This document shows positions 17,901 to 28,559 of a DNA stretch of 64,000 bases, one piece after another. Position numbers and translations under genes: made by a program. The stretch's first letter is position 1; each line of letters starts with the position of its first letter. This DNA comes from Oscillospiraceae bacterium (GTDB lineage Bacteria > Bacillota > Clostridia > Oscillospirales > Ruminococcaceae): contig CAADVD010000016.1 in NCBI GenBank assembly GCA_900752435.1, forward strand, positions 70,367 through 134,366. Reading direction: 5' to 3'. The notes beneath the pieces are model-generated. The model did no database searches. It was not told where the DNA came from and saw nothing but the letters and a program-made list of their open reading frames with translations.

Positions 17901-19115
17901 ATGTTGATTCGAGAGGTCGGAGATGTGATGGGATATCTGGTGCTGCTGGTATTGGGGGGGTTCTTTTTTGTTGTTCCCTTTGTCCTTTGCTGGTTGGAAT
18001 TCTGGTACTTGGTGATGGCCATGGTTCTTCACCGCCATTTTGAGGAACGGGAGGGCGACCCTCTGCAAAAACGGGTGAAAAACCGCTGGCGGCGCATGAC
18101 AGTCGTGGATGGACTGTCCCTTGGATTGGGGTTTTTCTTTTCGTCCATCCTGCTTTATGAGCTGCCGGAATATGATGAGGCTTTTTGGGTTGGCGAGAAC
18201 TATATCAATGCGCATACCCCGATTTCGTGGGACAATGGCGGAATCGTTCTGATTCTGCTGTGGCTTGTCGGCGTGGCCGGTATCTTTCTGACCAGTCATG
18301 CCTGCCGCAAAACGCTTCCGCCGCTGCTGACTGTGCTGGCGCTGGGAGCGAATGTGCTGGGAATCGTGGTCATGGCCGTGTATTTGGTGCAGCTGACCAC
18401 ATTTGAGGGAGGAATCATGCTGCTGTTGTTTCCGCTGGCGCACCTGCTCTGTGCAGTGCGAAGTCTGGTGCTGTTCGTCTGGCATTACACGGAACAGCAT
18501 TTGTCAAAACAGGCCGAAATTCCATCTAAGGTGCAGTTTTATGCGGCGGAATTGCTCCGGCAAAGTGCAAAATGGATGGGGCTGGCCGTGCTGGGAGCGC
18601 TTCCGCTTTTGCTGATTTGCACGGTGATTTTGCTGTTGTGCGGTCAGCGGCCGGATGCGTTCATCCGCGCCTTTACACAGACGAGTGACTGGCGGTTGTC
18701 CCAGCAGATTGCGCCGCCGGATTTGGTGTATGACGCGCACTATCTGTGCACCGTTTCCCTGCGCGGACACCGCAGGCTTGTGCGGCCGCTTCGTTATGGC
18801 ATCCGACAAAATCACCGGATTGTGGTCAACCGGCAGTTGATGGCGGCCAATGCGTTTGAGGATTTGCTGATGGAACGCACACCGCGCTTTCACCGGCTAG
18901 TGCGGTCGCTGTATGACCGGTATGGGTATCCGGTGGCGCGCCACATTCGTTCGGCATGGAGTGCGGATGTGGTGTATCTGCTGATGAAGCCGCTGGAATG
19001 GCTGTTTGTCGCGGTGCTGTATTTGTGCGATGTAAAGCCGGAGAATCGGATTGCAGTGCAGTATCTGCCGTGGGAGTTTCAGCAGAAAGTGCGAGAGGCG
19101 CGGAAGATGGGATAA
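17901..19115 (+). CDS. hypothetical polytopic membrane protein with a basic cytoplasmic C-terminal domain
   Basis: Multiple hydrophobic helices. Start at ATG 17901 after GGAAGGAA. No recognisable family. Confidence 0.6.
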   Translation: MLIREVGDVMGYLVLLVLGGFFFVVPFVLCWLEFWYLVMAMVLHRHFEEREGDPLQKRVKNRWRRMTVVDGLSLGLGFFFSSILLYELPEYDEAFWVGENYINAHTPISWDNGGIVLILLWLVGVAGIFLTSHACRKTLPPLLTVLALGANVLGIVVMAVYLVQLTTFEGGIMLLLFPLAHLLCAVRSLVLFVWHYTEQHLSKQAEIPSKVQFYAAELLRQSAKWMGLAVLGALPLLLICTVILLLCGQRPDAFIRAFTQTSDWRLSQQIAPPDLVYDAHYLCTVSLRGHRRLVRPLRYGIRQNHRIVVNRQLMAANAFEDLLMERTPRFHRLVRSLYDRYGYPVARHIRSAWSADVVYLLMKPLEWLFVAVLYLCDVKPENRIAVQYLPWEFQQKVREARKMG

Positions 19116-19161
19116 AGAAAACCCTTGTATCGCTTTTTGATACAAGGGTTTTAATTTACAA

Positions 19162-20544
19162 TTACACAATCGCTTCTTTTACTGCCTGCAAAATCGTACT
19201 CACGCCTACCACATCAATCTCCGTCAGCTCCACTGCCGCCAACGCTTTCAGCGACTGCCTCGGCACAATGCACTTGCGGAAGCCCAGCCGCTGGGCTTCC
19301 TTGACGCGCGGCACGATGTTGTTCACACTCCGCACCTCGCCGGTCAAGCCGATTTCGCCGAACGCCAGCACATCGTGCGCAATGGGCTTGTCCCGCAGGC
19401 TGGAAATCAGCGCCAGCGCAATGGACAAATCCGCCGCCGGTTCATCCAGCCGCAGACCGCCGACCACGTTGACGTACGCGTCCAGATTGGCGAAAAAGTA
19501 ACCGCACCGTTTTTCCAGCACCGCCAAAATCAGCGCCATGCGGTTGTAATCAAATCCAGTGGCCGTACGCCGCGGATTGCCGAACGCCGTCTTGCTCACC
19601 AGCCCCTGCACCTCTGCCAGCATCGGGCGTGAGCCCTCCATGACGCATGCCACGCAGGTGCCGGAGGCGTTCTCCGGACGGCCGGACAGCATCATTTCAG
19701 ACGGGTTCTCCACCTCCTGCAAACCAACGTCGAGCATCTCAAACACGCCGATTTCATTGGTTGAGCCAAAACGGTTTTTGACCGCGCGCAGAATGCGGTA
19801 GCTCTGGTTGCGGTCGCCCTCAAAATGAAGCACCGCGTCCACAATGTGCTCCAGCACCTTAGGGCCGGCAATCGCGCCGTCCTTGTTGACGTGACCGACA
19901 ATGATAATGGGAATGTCCTCGCTCTTGGCGATGTGCAAAAAGGCATTTGTGCTCTCGCGCACCTGCATGATGCTTCCCGGTGAGGACTGGATTTTTTCGA
20001 TGCTCATCGTCTGGATGGAATCGACCATCACGATGTCGGGATGATTGGCTACAATGGTGTTGGCGATGGTTTCCACGTCGGTATTGGCGAGCAGGTACAG
20101 GTTTTCGCTGTGCACCTGCAAGCGGTTGGCGCGCAGTTTGATTTGCCGAACCGATTCTTCACCGGACACATACAAAATTTTTAGACTGCGCCCCAGATAT
20201 TCGCAGATTTGCAGCAACAACGTAGATTTTCCGATACCGGGATCACCGCCCAACAGCACCAGACTTCCCTTGACAATACCGCCGCCCAACACGCGGTCCA
20301 ACTCGTTGACGCCGGTCTGAAAACGGATTTCATCGTCGATGTCCACTGAATTGATGTTGTACAAGCTTCCCTGACGTCCGCCAGCATCGACACGCACTTT
20401 TTTCGTGCCGCCCGCAACGGCGGAAACCGGTTCGGCGATATGCTGTTCAAGGGTGTTCCACTGTCCGCAGCCAGGGCATTTGCCGTACCATTTCGGGGTT
20501 TCATAGCCGCATTGACTGCATACATAGGTATCGCGTTTTTTCAC
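19162..20544 (-). CDS. radA: DNA repair protein RadA/Sms
   Basis: N-terminal C4 zinc finger, RecA-like Walker A (GDPGIGKST), KNRFG motif and a Lon-like C-terminal domain. Confidence 0.95.
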   Translation of the reverse strand: MKKRDTYVCSQCGYETPKWYGKCPGCGQWNTLEQHIAEPVSAVAGGTKKVRVDAGGRQGSLYNINSVDIDDEIRFQTGVNELDRVLGGGIVKGSLVLLGGDPGIGKSTLLLQICEYLGRSLKILYVSGEESVRQIKLRANRLQVHSENLYLLANTDVETIANTIVANHPDIVMVDSIQTMSIEKIQSSPGSIMQVRESTNAFLHIAKSEDIPIIIVGHVNKDGAIAGPKVLEHIVDAVLHFEGDRNQSYRILRAVKNRFGSTNEIGVFEMLDVGLQEVENPSEMMLSGRPENASGTCVACVMEGSRPMLAEVQGLVSKTAFGNPRRTATGFDYNRMALILAVLEKRCGYFFANLDAYVNVVGGLRLDEPAADLSIALALISSLRDKPIAHDVLAFGEIGLTGEVRSVNNIVPRVKEAQRLGFRKCIVPRQSLKALAAVELTEIDVVGVSTILQAVKEAIV

Positions 20545-21332
20545 TGAGAGGTGCCTCCTTCGCTCTGCACATCGGATGCGGCTGCATCGGATGGATCAGA
20601 GGGTGTTTGAACTTCCTGATTTTGTTTGTAATGGAGAATGCCGCAGTAAATGGTGAACGCCACCTTTTGCTGGTAGGCATCGTCGGTGAGCAGGACGGAT
20701 TCCTCGCCGTTCGAGAGAAATCCGCATTCCACCAGCACCATGGGCACAGTGGCATGCTCGAGCAGATAGACCGAGTGCGTTCCCTCCTTGACCTGCCGCG
20801 TGTTGTCGGCCTGCAAATTGGTGACAAAAGCTGTTTGCAGGCTGTTGGCCAGTTCTTGACTGAGCGGATTTTGCTTGGCATAGAACATCTGGGCGCCGCG
20901 TGAGGAGCTTTCCTCGAATTTATTCTGATGGATGGAAACGGCGATGCAGTTGGGATTGGCTTCGATGATTTTTAAACGGTTTTTGATGTCCGAGCGCTTT
21001 TGCTCCGCCACCGTTTCACAGCCCTTGTCGTGAATGGACTCATCATCATCGCGCGTCATCACCACATCAAAGCCGCTGAAGGTGAGCATGGCTTCCAGCT
21101 TTTTGGCAATCGCCAAGTTGATGTCCTTTTCAATTTCGCCGTGAATGCCCACTGCGCCGCCGTCCAATCCCCCATGACCGGCGTCCACCACAATCTGCTC
21201 CATCTGCACCGGCGCGGTGTTTGTGGCAACGGACACGCCGCGGTTGGTTGTGAGGTATATACCTGCACAGACAGCGGCAACAGCCAGCGCCGTCACTTTG
21301 ACCGCTGTCAATTCGTTTCTCCGTTTATACAT
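20541..21332 (-). CDS. N-acetylmuramoyl-L-alanine amidase (Amidase_3 family, CwlD-like)
   Basis: Signal-anchor followed by IVVDAGHGG...D...E catalytic motifs. Confidence 0.8.
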   Translation of the reverse strand: MYKRRNELTAVKVTALAVAAVCAGIYLTTNRGVSVATNTAPVQMEQIVVDAGHGGLDGGAVGIHGEIEKDINLAIAKKLEAMLTFSGFDVVMTRDDDESIHDKGCETVAEQKRSDIKNRLKIIEANPNCIAVSIHQNKFEESSSRGAQMFYAKQNPLSQELANSLQTAFVTNLQADNTRQVKEGTHSVYLLEHATVPMVLVECGFLSNGEESVLLTDDAYQQKVAFTIYCGILHYKQNQEVQTPSDPSDAAASDVQSEGGTSQ

Positions 21333-21422
21333 GGAAACACACCCTTTCACAATACAAGTTTCCCTGTATCATGTATATGGGTGTGCCAATTTTTTTATCC
21401 CTGCCGGTAACCGGCACTGCGC

Positions 21423-22001
21423 TCAAGCTTTTGGGGTTTTCTTCTGATTTTTATAAATCACTTTTTCGGCTATGACAATGTCTTTGTAACCCAGCAGATA
21501 GTAAACTTCCCAAATCACCGGCGGAATGAAGTTGAGCAGGCAAACTCCGATGACCTGCGGCCAAGAAACCATGGTCAAATACGCACTTTGCACACCGCGA
21601 AACGCTCCGTCAATCAATCCGATAAAGGCCAGCATTTCCCCGTTCACCAATTTGTAGATGATGTAGAAGTTCGGCAGCAGCTCCGCTTTTGCCAGCAGCA
21701 GTCCAATCGCCAGCACAAACATGGGCACGGACGCCACCATTCCAATTTTGAAACCGCGCAGCAAATCCTGTTCGCGGCGTTTGAATTTGACTTTATTTAA
21801 ATCGCGGTTTCCCTGCTGCCATGCCGGCGAACCAATGATGCTTCCATAAAGGAGCAAGGACAGTATGCCAATCAGCACCAGCAACGGCGTGGAATTCGTC
21901 AGCGCCGTTAACGCAAAGGAAAGAAGAAAGCACAAAATCACTCCCATTACATGTCTGCCGAACCAGCCCCATGCAATCCGAATCACCGATTTTTCTTTCA
22001 T
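21423..22001 (-). CDS. hypothetical membrane protein
   Basis: 4-5 predicted transmembrane helices. No recognisable family. Confidence 0.55.
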   Translation of the reverse strand: MKEKSVIRIAWGWFGRHVMGVILCFLLSFALTALTNSTPLLVLIGILSLLLYGSIIGSPAWQQGNRDLNKVKFKRREQDLLRGFKIGMVASVPMFVLAIGLLLAKAELLPNFYIIYKLVNGEMLAFIGLIDGAFRGVQSAYLTMVSWPQVIGVCLLNFIPPVIWEVYYLLGYKDIVIAEKVIYKNQKKTPKA

Positions 22002-22037
22002 TTTGCTGCCGCCTTTCTTACTCTTGTCTATTCAGCT

Positions 22038-22247
22038 TTACGCCTTATTTTTTCTATACTCAGCTTTTACAACGTCAATTGTCTTTCCGCCAATTCCGAT
22101 GTTTTGATCCGGCAATTCTTTTATTGTGGTCATGAAAAATTCGGGTGGAATTTCCATGATTTCAGCGGCCGTTTCGGTCAATCGTCTAATCAAATTTTCT
22201 TTTTGCTCATCGGTTAATTTTCCGCCTTCAACTGTAATATAGGGCAT
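22038..22247 (-). CDS. 4-oxalocrotonate tautomerase-family protein
   Basis: MPYITVEGG... Pro1 tautomerase signature. Start at the ATG after AGGAGA. Confidence 0.75.
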   Translation of the reverse strand: MPYITVEGGKLTDEQKENLIRRLTETAAEIMEIPPEFFMTTIKELPDQNIGIGGKTIDVVKAEYRKNKA

Positions 22248-22351
22248 CGTATTTCTCCTATCAAACAAAGATTCTGACTTTCAGTGTACCACAAGCCCGT
22301 TCGAGAGGTATGAAAATTGTCTGAATTTTTCAAAATTCAGCAATTTACACA

Positions 22352-22390
22352 AGAAAAAAGAGTTGTTTTGCACAATCAACAAAACAACTC
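22352..22390 (-). terminator. rho-independent terminator downstream of ptsH
   Basis: 11-bp stem GAGTTGTTTTG...CAAAACAACTC followed by TTTTTTCTT on the minus strand. Confidence 0.5.
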
Positions 22391-22407
22391 TTCAACAATT
22401 CGCATTA

Positions 22408-22671
22408 TTATTCCGCGAAACCGGATTCCACCAATTTCACCAAACCATCTACCGCATCCTGCTCATCCGAACCGTCCGCAATAATTTTAATGGTCGTACC
22501 GCCAACGATGCCCAGCGACAAAACGCCCAATAAGCTCTTTGCGTTGACTCTTCTTTCGTCTCTTTCAATCCAAATCGACGATTTGTACTCATTGGCTTTC
22601 TGAATAAAGAAAGTTGCCGGACGCGCATGTAAACCAACCTGATTTTGTACTTCAACATCTTTAATGTACAT
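22408..22671 (-). CDS. ptsH: phosphocarrier protein HPr
   Basis: His15 region GLHARPAT and Ser46 region. Start at MYIKDV after AAGGAGAG. Confidence 0.9.
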   Translation of the reverse strand: MYIKDVEVQNQVGLHARPATFFIQKANEYKSSIWIERDERRVNAKSLLGVLSLGIVGGTTIKIIADGSDEQDAVDGLVKLVESGFAE

Positions 22672-22761
22672 GTTTCTTACTCTCCTTAACTGCTTATCTC
22701 CATCAAGTGCCAAACATACACACCGTGCCGTTGGCCACTTACACTTGTTTTCAATGGTTTT

Positions 22762-22790
22762 ATTATAGTCTTAAAAGAAAAGACCGTCAA
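22762..22790 (-). promoter_or_regulatory. sigma70-type promoter for ptsH (TTGACG, 17 nt, TATAAT)
   Basis: Seen directly. Confidence 0.5.
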
Positions 22791-22914
22791 GAAGTTGTAA
22801 AATTTTTTAGATTATTTTCCAACTTGAAAGAATCTGTCAATCGGTTGTTTGTGTAAAACCTCTATAAACTTTTCAACACTTTAAGTGAACTTTTCTATGA
22901 TTTTTCAACAGAAT

Positions 22915-23622
22915 TTATTTTTCGCTGTGATTTTGTCGATATTTGTCCATCATATCCGGCCGTTTGCGCTCTGTGCGCGCCAGCGATTCCTCCAGCCGCC
23001 ACCGCTCAATGTTAGCGTGATGGCCGGACAACAGCACCTCCGGCACGCTTCGCCCTTCCCAGACTTCCGGTCTGGTATACTGCGGATATTCCAGCAAACC
23101 GTTGTAATGGCTCTCCTGTTCAAAGCACTCCGAACCGGACAGCACCCCATCGCACAGCCGCACCACACTGTCCGTCAGCACCAATGCCGGCAGTTCGCCG
23201 CCGGTGAGCACATAGTCACCGATGGAAATTTCCTCGTCTACGATTTTCTCAATGACGCGTTCATCCACGCCCTCATAGTGTCCGCAGAGCAAAATCAAGT
23301 GCTCCATTTTGCTGTACGCAATGGACTTCTGCTGTGTTAGGCAATTCCCCTGCGGCGACAAATAAATGACGTAAGGGCGCTCCGTGCCAGCCATTTCCTT
23401 GACCGCCTGATAACACCGATCAATCGGCTCGGCCTGCATCACCATGCCCTTGCCGCCGCCATAGGGCGCATCGTCTACCCGACGGTGCTTGTCCAGCGTA
23501 TAGTCGCGGATGTTGTGACAGTACAGCTCCACCAGCCCGCTGCGCCGCGCCCGTCCGACGATGCTTTCGTTGAGCACCGTTTCACACATCTCCGGAAACA
23601 GCGTTAAAATGTCAATTCTCAT
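22915..23622 (-). CDS. trmD: tRNA (guanine37-N1)-methyltransferase
   Basis: MRIDILTLFPEM N-terminus and the SPOUT knot motifs. Confidence 0.95.
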   Translation of the reverse strand: MRIDILTLFPEMCETVLNESIVGRARRSGLVELYCHNIRDYTLDKHRRVDDAPYGGGKGMVMQAEPIDRCYQAVKEMAGTERPYVIYLSPQGNCLTQQKSIAYSKMEHLILLCGHYEGVDERVIEKIVDEEISIGDYVLTGGELPALVLTDSVVRLCDGVLSGSECFEQESHYNGLLEYPQYTRPEVWEGRSVPEVLLSGHHANIERWRLEESLARTERKRPDMMDKYRQNHSEK

Positions 23623-23624
23623 GT

Positions 23625-24152
23625 CTAGCGTACTTCCTCCGCTTCATCAAATAAGCCCTTGAGCGGCGTAATGGCCATAAAGCCCTCTTCCACATTGGTT
23701 TCCTTCACCACATCGGCGATGGCCGGAATCAGCACAACGTTGCCGCTCTCTTCTTTAATGTGGTAGACATCGTTTGCACCCGTTTCCGTCACATCCACCA
23801 GTTTGCCGTATACCTTGTCCGGTTGATCAGCGTCAATCACCTGAAGCCCCAGCAAATCCTGAATGAAATAGCTTCCCTCTTCCAGCTCCACGTCGTCGCG
23901 GTTCATGTACAGAATTTTGTTGCGGAGAGCCTGTGCGGCATTCATATCGTTGACGCCGGCCAGCTTCATCACCACCACGTTCTTGTGCACGCGCGCTTCT
24001 TCCACCTCCACCGCTGTTCGTCCTTTGTCAAAATACAGCGTATCAAATTCCGTCAAAAATTCACTGCTGTCACACCACGCCTGCACGCGGACTTCGCCCT
24101 TGATGCCATGAGTGGATACAATTTTTCCAATCTCCAAAAACTGCTTTTTCAT
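23625..24152 (-). CDS. rimM: ribosome maturation factor RimM
   Basis: GKIVSTHGIKGEV... PRC-barrel. Start at MKKQF; the ORF-track start further upstream lacks an SD. Confidence 0.9.
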   Translation of the reverse strand: MKKQFLEIGKIVSTHGIKGEVRVQAWCDSSEFLTEFDTLYFDKGRTAVEVEEARVHKNVVVMKLAGVNDMNAAQALRNKILYMNRDDVELEEGSYFIQDLLGLQVIDADQPDKVYGKLVDVTETGANDVYHIKEESGNVVLIPAIADVVKETNVEEGFMAITPLKGLFDEAEEVR

Positions 24153-24289
24153 CTGCCGGTTCGCTTCCTTTCCCGATTCGTACCACACAGTATACCAAAT
24201 TCCCTCCAAAAACGCAACACAGGGAAGTGTAAACACACACTTCCCTGTTTGACTATTCATCCTGATACCGGATGCAAGCGTGGCCGCTG

Positions 24290-24523
24290 TCAATCAATCT
24301 CGACAGCAATTTTTTGATCCACTCTGCTTGCGCCTGCACGCATCACGGCACGGATCGCTTTTGCAATGCGGCCCTGTTTGCCAATGACACGTCCCATGTC
24401 GTCCGACGCCACGTGCAAATGATACACAATGACGCCCTCTTCATTGGGTTCATCAACCTGTACCTCGACAGCGTCTTTATTCTCCACAAGACCCTTTGCA
24501 ATGGTTTCCAGCAATTCTTTCAT
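24290..24523 (-). CDS. KH-domain RNA-binding protein (YlqC/UPF0109)
   Basis: GRVIGKQGRIAKAIR KH motif, in the conserved position between rpsP and rimM. Confidence 0.8.
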   Translation of the reverse strand: MKELLETIAKGLVENKDAVEVQVDEPNEEGVIVYHLHVASDDMGRVIGKQGRIAKAIRAVMRAGASRVDQKIAVEID

Positions 24524-24540
24524 TCCAATTCCCTCATCCA

Positions 24541-24783
24541 TTACTCAGCGGAAGAAATTTTAATCAATTTCTTGACGGTATCGGTCGGTTGCGCGCCATT
24601 TGCCATCCATTTCTGAGCCTTTTCCATGTCAATTTTAATCACGGACGGTTCTTTGGTCGGATCGTAGTAACCGATTTCTTCAATGAAACGGCCATCTCTC
24701 GGATATCTGGAGTCTGCTACAACGACACGGTAAAACGGTGCTTTCTTTGCGCCCATACGACGTAATCTAATTTTAACAGCCAT
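24541..24783 (-). CDS. rpsP: 30S ribosomal protein S16
   Basis: [26 protein letters not shown]. Confidence 0.95.
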   Translation of the reverse strand: MAVKIRLRRMGAKKAPFYRVVVADSRYPRDGRFIEEIGYYDPTKEPSVIKIDMEKAQKWMANGAQPTDTVKKLIKISSAE

Positions 24784-24867
24784 GTACTGTCACCTCCTGC
24801 AACTTTTCTCATAATAGGTTATATTGACAACCGTCCGCCAAACGGCAAACAGTGTAATACCAAAGAC

Positions 24868-26250
24868 TTAAAACGGCAGTGAGCCTCCGCCCATTCCATT
24901 CATACCGCCCATGCCGCCTTTCGGCATCAACGGAAAACCGCGGCGTTTTTTCTTGCCGCCTTTGCCGCCCAATTGCTTCATCATCTTCTGCATTGTCTCA
25001 AACTGCTTGAGCAGTTGGTTGACGTCCTCCACCTTATTGCCGGAACCGGCCGCAATGCGGCGCTTACGGCTGGGGGGAATGATTTTCGGATTGGCGCGTT
25101 CTTCTTTTGTCATGGAGTAGATGAGCGCTTCTGTGCGCTTCATACGCACATCGCCCTGCTCCAAGTCTGCCTCTTTAATCTTGTCGCCGCCCGGAAGCAT
25201 GCTGACAATTTGTTTGATGGGTCCCAATTTTTTGACCTGTTTCATTTGGTCAAGCAAATCGTTCATGTCAAAGCTGTTTTGTTTGAGCTTTTCCATCATT
25301 TTGGCGGCTTCTTTTTCATCGAGCGTGGCCTGCGCCTTGTCAATCAGCGAAAGCACGTCGCCCATACCCAGAATACGGGAAGCCATACGCTCCGGATGGA
25401 ACGGTTCAAGATCATCCAGTTTTTCACCGATACCGGCAAATTTGACCGGTTTCCCCGTCACCGCCAGTACGGACAGCGCCGCACCGCCACGGGTATCGCC
25501 GTCGAGCTTAGTCAAAATCACCCCGTCGATGCCCAGCGCATCATTGAAGCTTTCCGCCACATTGACGGCATCCTGACCGGTCATGGAGTCCACCACCAGC
25601 AAAATTTCCGTTGGTTCCACGGTGGATTTGATGTTTTTCAGCTCGTTCATCAGCGTTTCGTCAATGTGCAGACGGCCTGCGGTATCCAAAATCACCAAAT
25701 CATGGCCGTAATCCTTGGCATGTGCCACCGCCTTTTGCGCAATGGTCACCGGATCAATCTGCCCCATCTCAAACACCGGTACGCCGGCTTTTTCACCGAC
25801 CACCTGCAGCTGCTGAATCGCCGCCGGACGATAGACGTCGCACGCCACCAACAGCGGCCGATGTCCCTGCGCTTTAAAATGTTTGGCAAGTTTTGCCGAA
25901 TGCGTTGTTTTACCAGAACCCTGCAATCCGCACATCATCACGATGCAGGGCGGCTTGGACGGAAACCGAATGCGGGAATTTTCATTTCCCATCAGCTTGC
26001 AAAGTTCTTCGTTGACAATTTTAATCACCTGTTGAGCCGGCGTCAGGCTCTCCAGCACTTCCACACCCACCGCGCGTTCGCTCACGCCTTTGACAAAGTC
26101 CTTTACGACCTTGTAGTTGACATCCGCTTCCAGCAGTGCCAGCCGCACTTCGCGCATGGCCAGTTTGATGTCGTCTTCGTTCAGTTTTCCCTTGGATTTG
26201 AGCTTTTTAAATACCGCCGACAATTTATCGGACAAACCTTCAAACGCCAT
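24868..26250 (-). CDS. ffh: signal recognition particle protein Ffh
   Basis: N, G (GLQGSGKTT, DTAGR) and Met-rich M domains. Confidence 0.95.
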   Translation of the reverse strand: MAFEGLSDKLSAVFKKLKSKGKLNEDDIKLAMREVRLALLEADVNYKVVKDFVKGVSERAVGVEVLESLTPAQQVIKIVNEELCKLMGNENSRIRFPSKPPCIVMMCGLQGSGKTTHSAKLAKHFKAQGHRPLLVACDVYRPAAIQQLQVVGEKAGVPVFEMGQIDPVTIAQKAVAHAKDYGHDLVILDTAGRLHIDETLMNELKNIKSTVEPTEILLVVDSMTGQDAVNVAESFNDALGIDGVILTKLDGDTRGGAALSVLAVTGKPVKFAGIGEKLDDLEPFHPERMASRILGMGDVLSLIDKAQATLDEKEAAKMMEKLKQNSFDMNDLLDQMKQVKKLGPIKQIVSMLPGGDKIKEADLEQGDVRMKRTEALIYSMTKEERANPKIIPPSRKRRIAAGSGNKVEDVNQLLKQFETMQKMMKQLGGKGGKKKRRGFPLMPKGGMGGMNGMGGGSLPF

Positions 26251-26290
26251 TCGGAAACCTCCCCTCTATCTTCACTGCGGCATTGCCGCT

Positions 26291-26656
26291 CTAGTTGTTT
26301 TCTAATTGCTGTGCCGCGATTTGCCGCAATCGTTTGGCGTTGGTGCGCAGCTTTTGCGACTGGTACCCCTCGCTGATTTGCTCAATTTCCGCAGACAGCT
26401 GAGCAATTTCCTCAAACACCGCCTGCGTTTCTTTATAACGCTTGAACAGGCCGAGCTTTTCTTCCAGCTCATACAAAAAGACCTCGCCGCGCTTGACGCT
26501 GTCGCGCACACCCTGACGGGTGATTTTTTGAAGCTGGGCAATTTCCCCCAGCGACAAGTCCTCGTTGTAATATAAATCAATCAAATCGCGTTGTTTGTCG
26601 GTGAGCATTTCGCCGTAAAAATCCAGCAAAATCGAAATATCCAGATTCTTCGCCAC
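26291..26656 (-). CDS. ylxM: YlxM/p13-family putative DNA-binding protein (UPF0122)
   Basis: Conserved protein upstream of ffh. Start assigned to the GTG after GGGAGGAAG. Confidence 0.8.
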   Translation of the reverse strand: MAKNLDISILLDFYGEMLTDKQRDLIDLYYNEDLSLGEIAQLQKITRQGVRDSVKRGEVFLYELEEKLGLFKRYKETQAVFEEIAQLSAEIEQISEGYQSQKLRTNAKRLRQIAAQQLENN

Positions 26657-26709
26657 GGCGCTTCCTCCCAACCGTTTTTTCTGTAAAGGAATTTGCTTTA
26701 CAAGGTGCT

Positions 26710-26738
26710 ATTATACACGAAACCCGAACGGCTGTCAA
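26710..26738 (-). promoter_or_regulatory. sigma70-type promoter of the ylxM-ffh-rpsP-rimM-trmD operon (TTGACA, 17 nt, TGnTATAAT)
   Basis: Seen directly. Confidence 0.5.
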
Positions 26739-26780
26739 GCTTTTTCCTTTACACATTGGAACAAAAACAAAAATCAGCAA

Positions 26781-26802
26781 AACGCACAAAAAGGCGGCCG
26801 CC
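26781..26802 (-). terminator. short GC hairpin (GGCGGCCGCC) plus T-tract downstream of ribH
   Basis: Seen directly; this is a weak terminator. Confidence 0.35.
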
Positions 26803-26850
26803 CTTCCCAGAAGAGCTGGCAGCCTTTTGTATGCTGAATCGGCTAAAATC

Positions 26851-27324
26851 TTAGTCTTCGATTTCTCGAATCAGATTCACCATTTCAATCGCACCCAACG
26901 CACAATCGTAGCCCTTATTGCCTGCTTTTGTACCGGCGCGTTCAATCGCCTGCTCAATGTTTTCCGTTGTCAGTACGCCGAACATCACCGGAATATCACT
27001 GGCCAAAGAAACGGAAGCAATCCCTTTGGAAACCTCACTGCACACATAGTCATAATGACTGGTACTGCCGCGAATGACCGCTCCCAGACAAATCACCGCA
27101 TCGTACTTGCCGCTTTTCGCCATTTTGGAGGCAATCAGCGGAATTTCAAATGCGCCGGGCACCCACGCTACGTGAATATCCTCTTCCTTTACTTCGTGAC
27201 GCAGCAAACCATCCATAGCACCGCCAAGCAGTTTGGATGTGATAAACTCGTTAAAACGTGCGGCAACAATACCGACTTTGATTCCTTTGGATACTAAATT
27301 TCCTTCATACGTTTTCATCATCAA
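26851..27324 (-). CDS. ribH: 6,7-dimethyl-8-ribityllumazine synthase
   Basis: Lumazine synthase fold motifs. Confidence 0.95.
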   Translation of the reverse strand: MMMKTYEGNLVSKGIKVGIVAARFNEFITSKLLGGAMDGLLRHEVKEEDIHVAWVPGAFEIPLIASKMAKSGKYDAVICLGAVIRGSTSHYDYVCSEVSKGIASVSLASDIPVMFGVLTTENIEQAIERAGTKAGNKGYDCALGAIEMVNLIREIED

Positions 27325-27340
27325 TCGTCTCCTATTTCAT

Positions 27341-28540
27341 TTAGTAGTTTAAAATATGACCCATTTTTGCTTGTTTTGTTTTTAAATAGAACAAATCCTC
27401 TGTTGTTGCGTCCATTTGAATGGGAACACGTTCCGTAATTTCCATACCAAAATCCGAAAGCTGATAAACTTTATCGGGATTGTTGGTGAGAAGACGCAGG
27501 GTTTTCGCCCCCAAATCGCGCAAAATTTGTGCTCCGATGTAATATTCACGCTCATCACCGGCAAAGCCGAGTGCCAGATTGGCCTCCAAGGTATCCATCC
27601 CCTGCTCCTGAAGCTCATAAGCGCGCAATTTGTTGATGAGGCCAATGCCGCGTCCCTCCTGGCGCATATAAAGCAGGATACCACGGCCTTCCCTCTCAAT
27701 CTGAGTCATGGCCGCCGCAAACTGCTGGCCGCAGTCACAGCGTAAGGACCCGAACGTATCACCGGTCAGACATTCGGAATGCACTCTGCACAGCAAATTC
27801 TCGCCATTCCCGATTTCTCCCTTTACCAAAGCCACATGATGTTCGCCGTTGAGCCGGTTGACATAGCCATAAGCCATAAAGTTCCCATATTTAGTAGGCA
27901 TCTTTGTCACCGTCACACGATCCACCAGTTTTTCATGCCGCTTGCGGTAGGCCTGCAAAGCTTGAATGGTGATGAATTTTAACTTCCATTTTTGAGCCAG
28001 TTCCATCAGCTCCGGAGTCCGCATCATCGTGCCGTCCTCCCGCATGATTTCACAGCACAGTCCGCATTCCTTCAGTCCTGCCAAACGCATCAAATCCACT
28101 GTGGCTTCGGTGTGGCCGTTTCGCTCCAGTACGCCGTTTCTCTTCGCCAACAGCGGAAACATATGCCCCGGACGGCGGAAATCCTCCGGCTTGACGCCGT
28201 CTTCCACGCACTTCATAGCGGTGACGGAACGTTCTGCGGCAGAAATCCCAGTCGTGGTGCTGATATGGTCGATGGAAAACGTAAAGGCAGTTTCGTGATT
28301 ATCCGTATTTTGCGTCACCATTTGAGGAATTTGCAGTTTGCGCACATATTCCTCCGACATGGGCATACAGATAAGCCCTTTCCCATGCGTTGCCATGAAG
28401 TTGATGTTTTCCGTCGTAGCAAACTGCGCGGCGCAGATAAAATCGCCCTCATTTTCCCGTTCCGGATCATCCGTGACCAGCACAACTTTCCCCTGCCGCA
28501 GATCGTCCAATGCTTCTTCAATTGTGTTGAATGTAACCAT
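27341..28540 (-). CDS. ribBA: bifunctional 3,4-dihydroxy-2-butanone-4-phosphate synthase / GTP cyclohydrolase II
   Basis: N-terminal DHBP synthase and C-terminal GCHII with a CxxGxxxxSxRCDC zinc motif. Confidence 0.95.
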   Translation of the reverse strand: MVTFNTIEEALDDLRQGKVVLVTDDPERENEGDFICAAQFATTENINFMATHGKGLICMPMSEEYVRKLQIPQMVTQNTDNHETAFTFSIDHISTTTGISAAERSVTAMKCVEDGVKPEDFRRPGHMFPLLAKRNGVLERNGHTEATVDLMRLAGLKECGLCCEIMREDGTMMRTPELMELAQKWKLKFITIQALQAYRKRHEKLVDRVTVTKMPTKYGNFMAYGYVNRLNGEHHVALVKGEIGNGENLLCRVHSECLTGDTFGSLRCDCGQQFAAAMTQIEREGRGILLYMRQEGRGIGLINKLRAYELQEQGMDTLEANLALGFAGDEREYYIGAQILRDLGAKTLRLLTNNPDKVYQLSDFGMEITERVPIQMDATTEDLFYLKTKQAKMGHILNY

Positions 28541-28559
28541 TCTCCAGCTCCTCTCTTCG

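Noticed and set aside
24973-26376. 467-aa plus-strand ORF
   Set aside because: Antisense shadow of ffh; His/Arg/Gly-rich translation of a GC-rich reverse frame.
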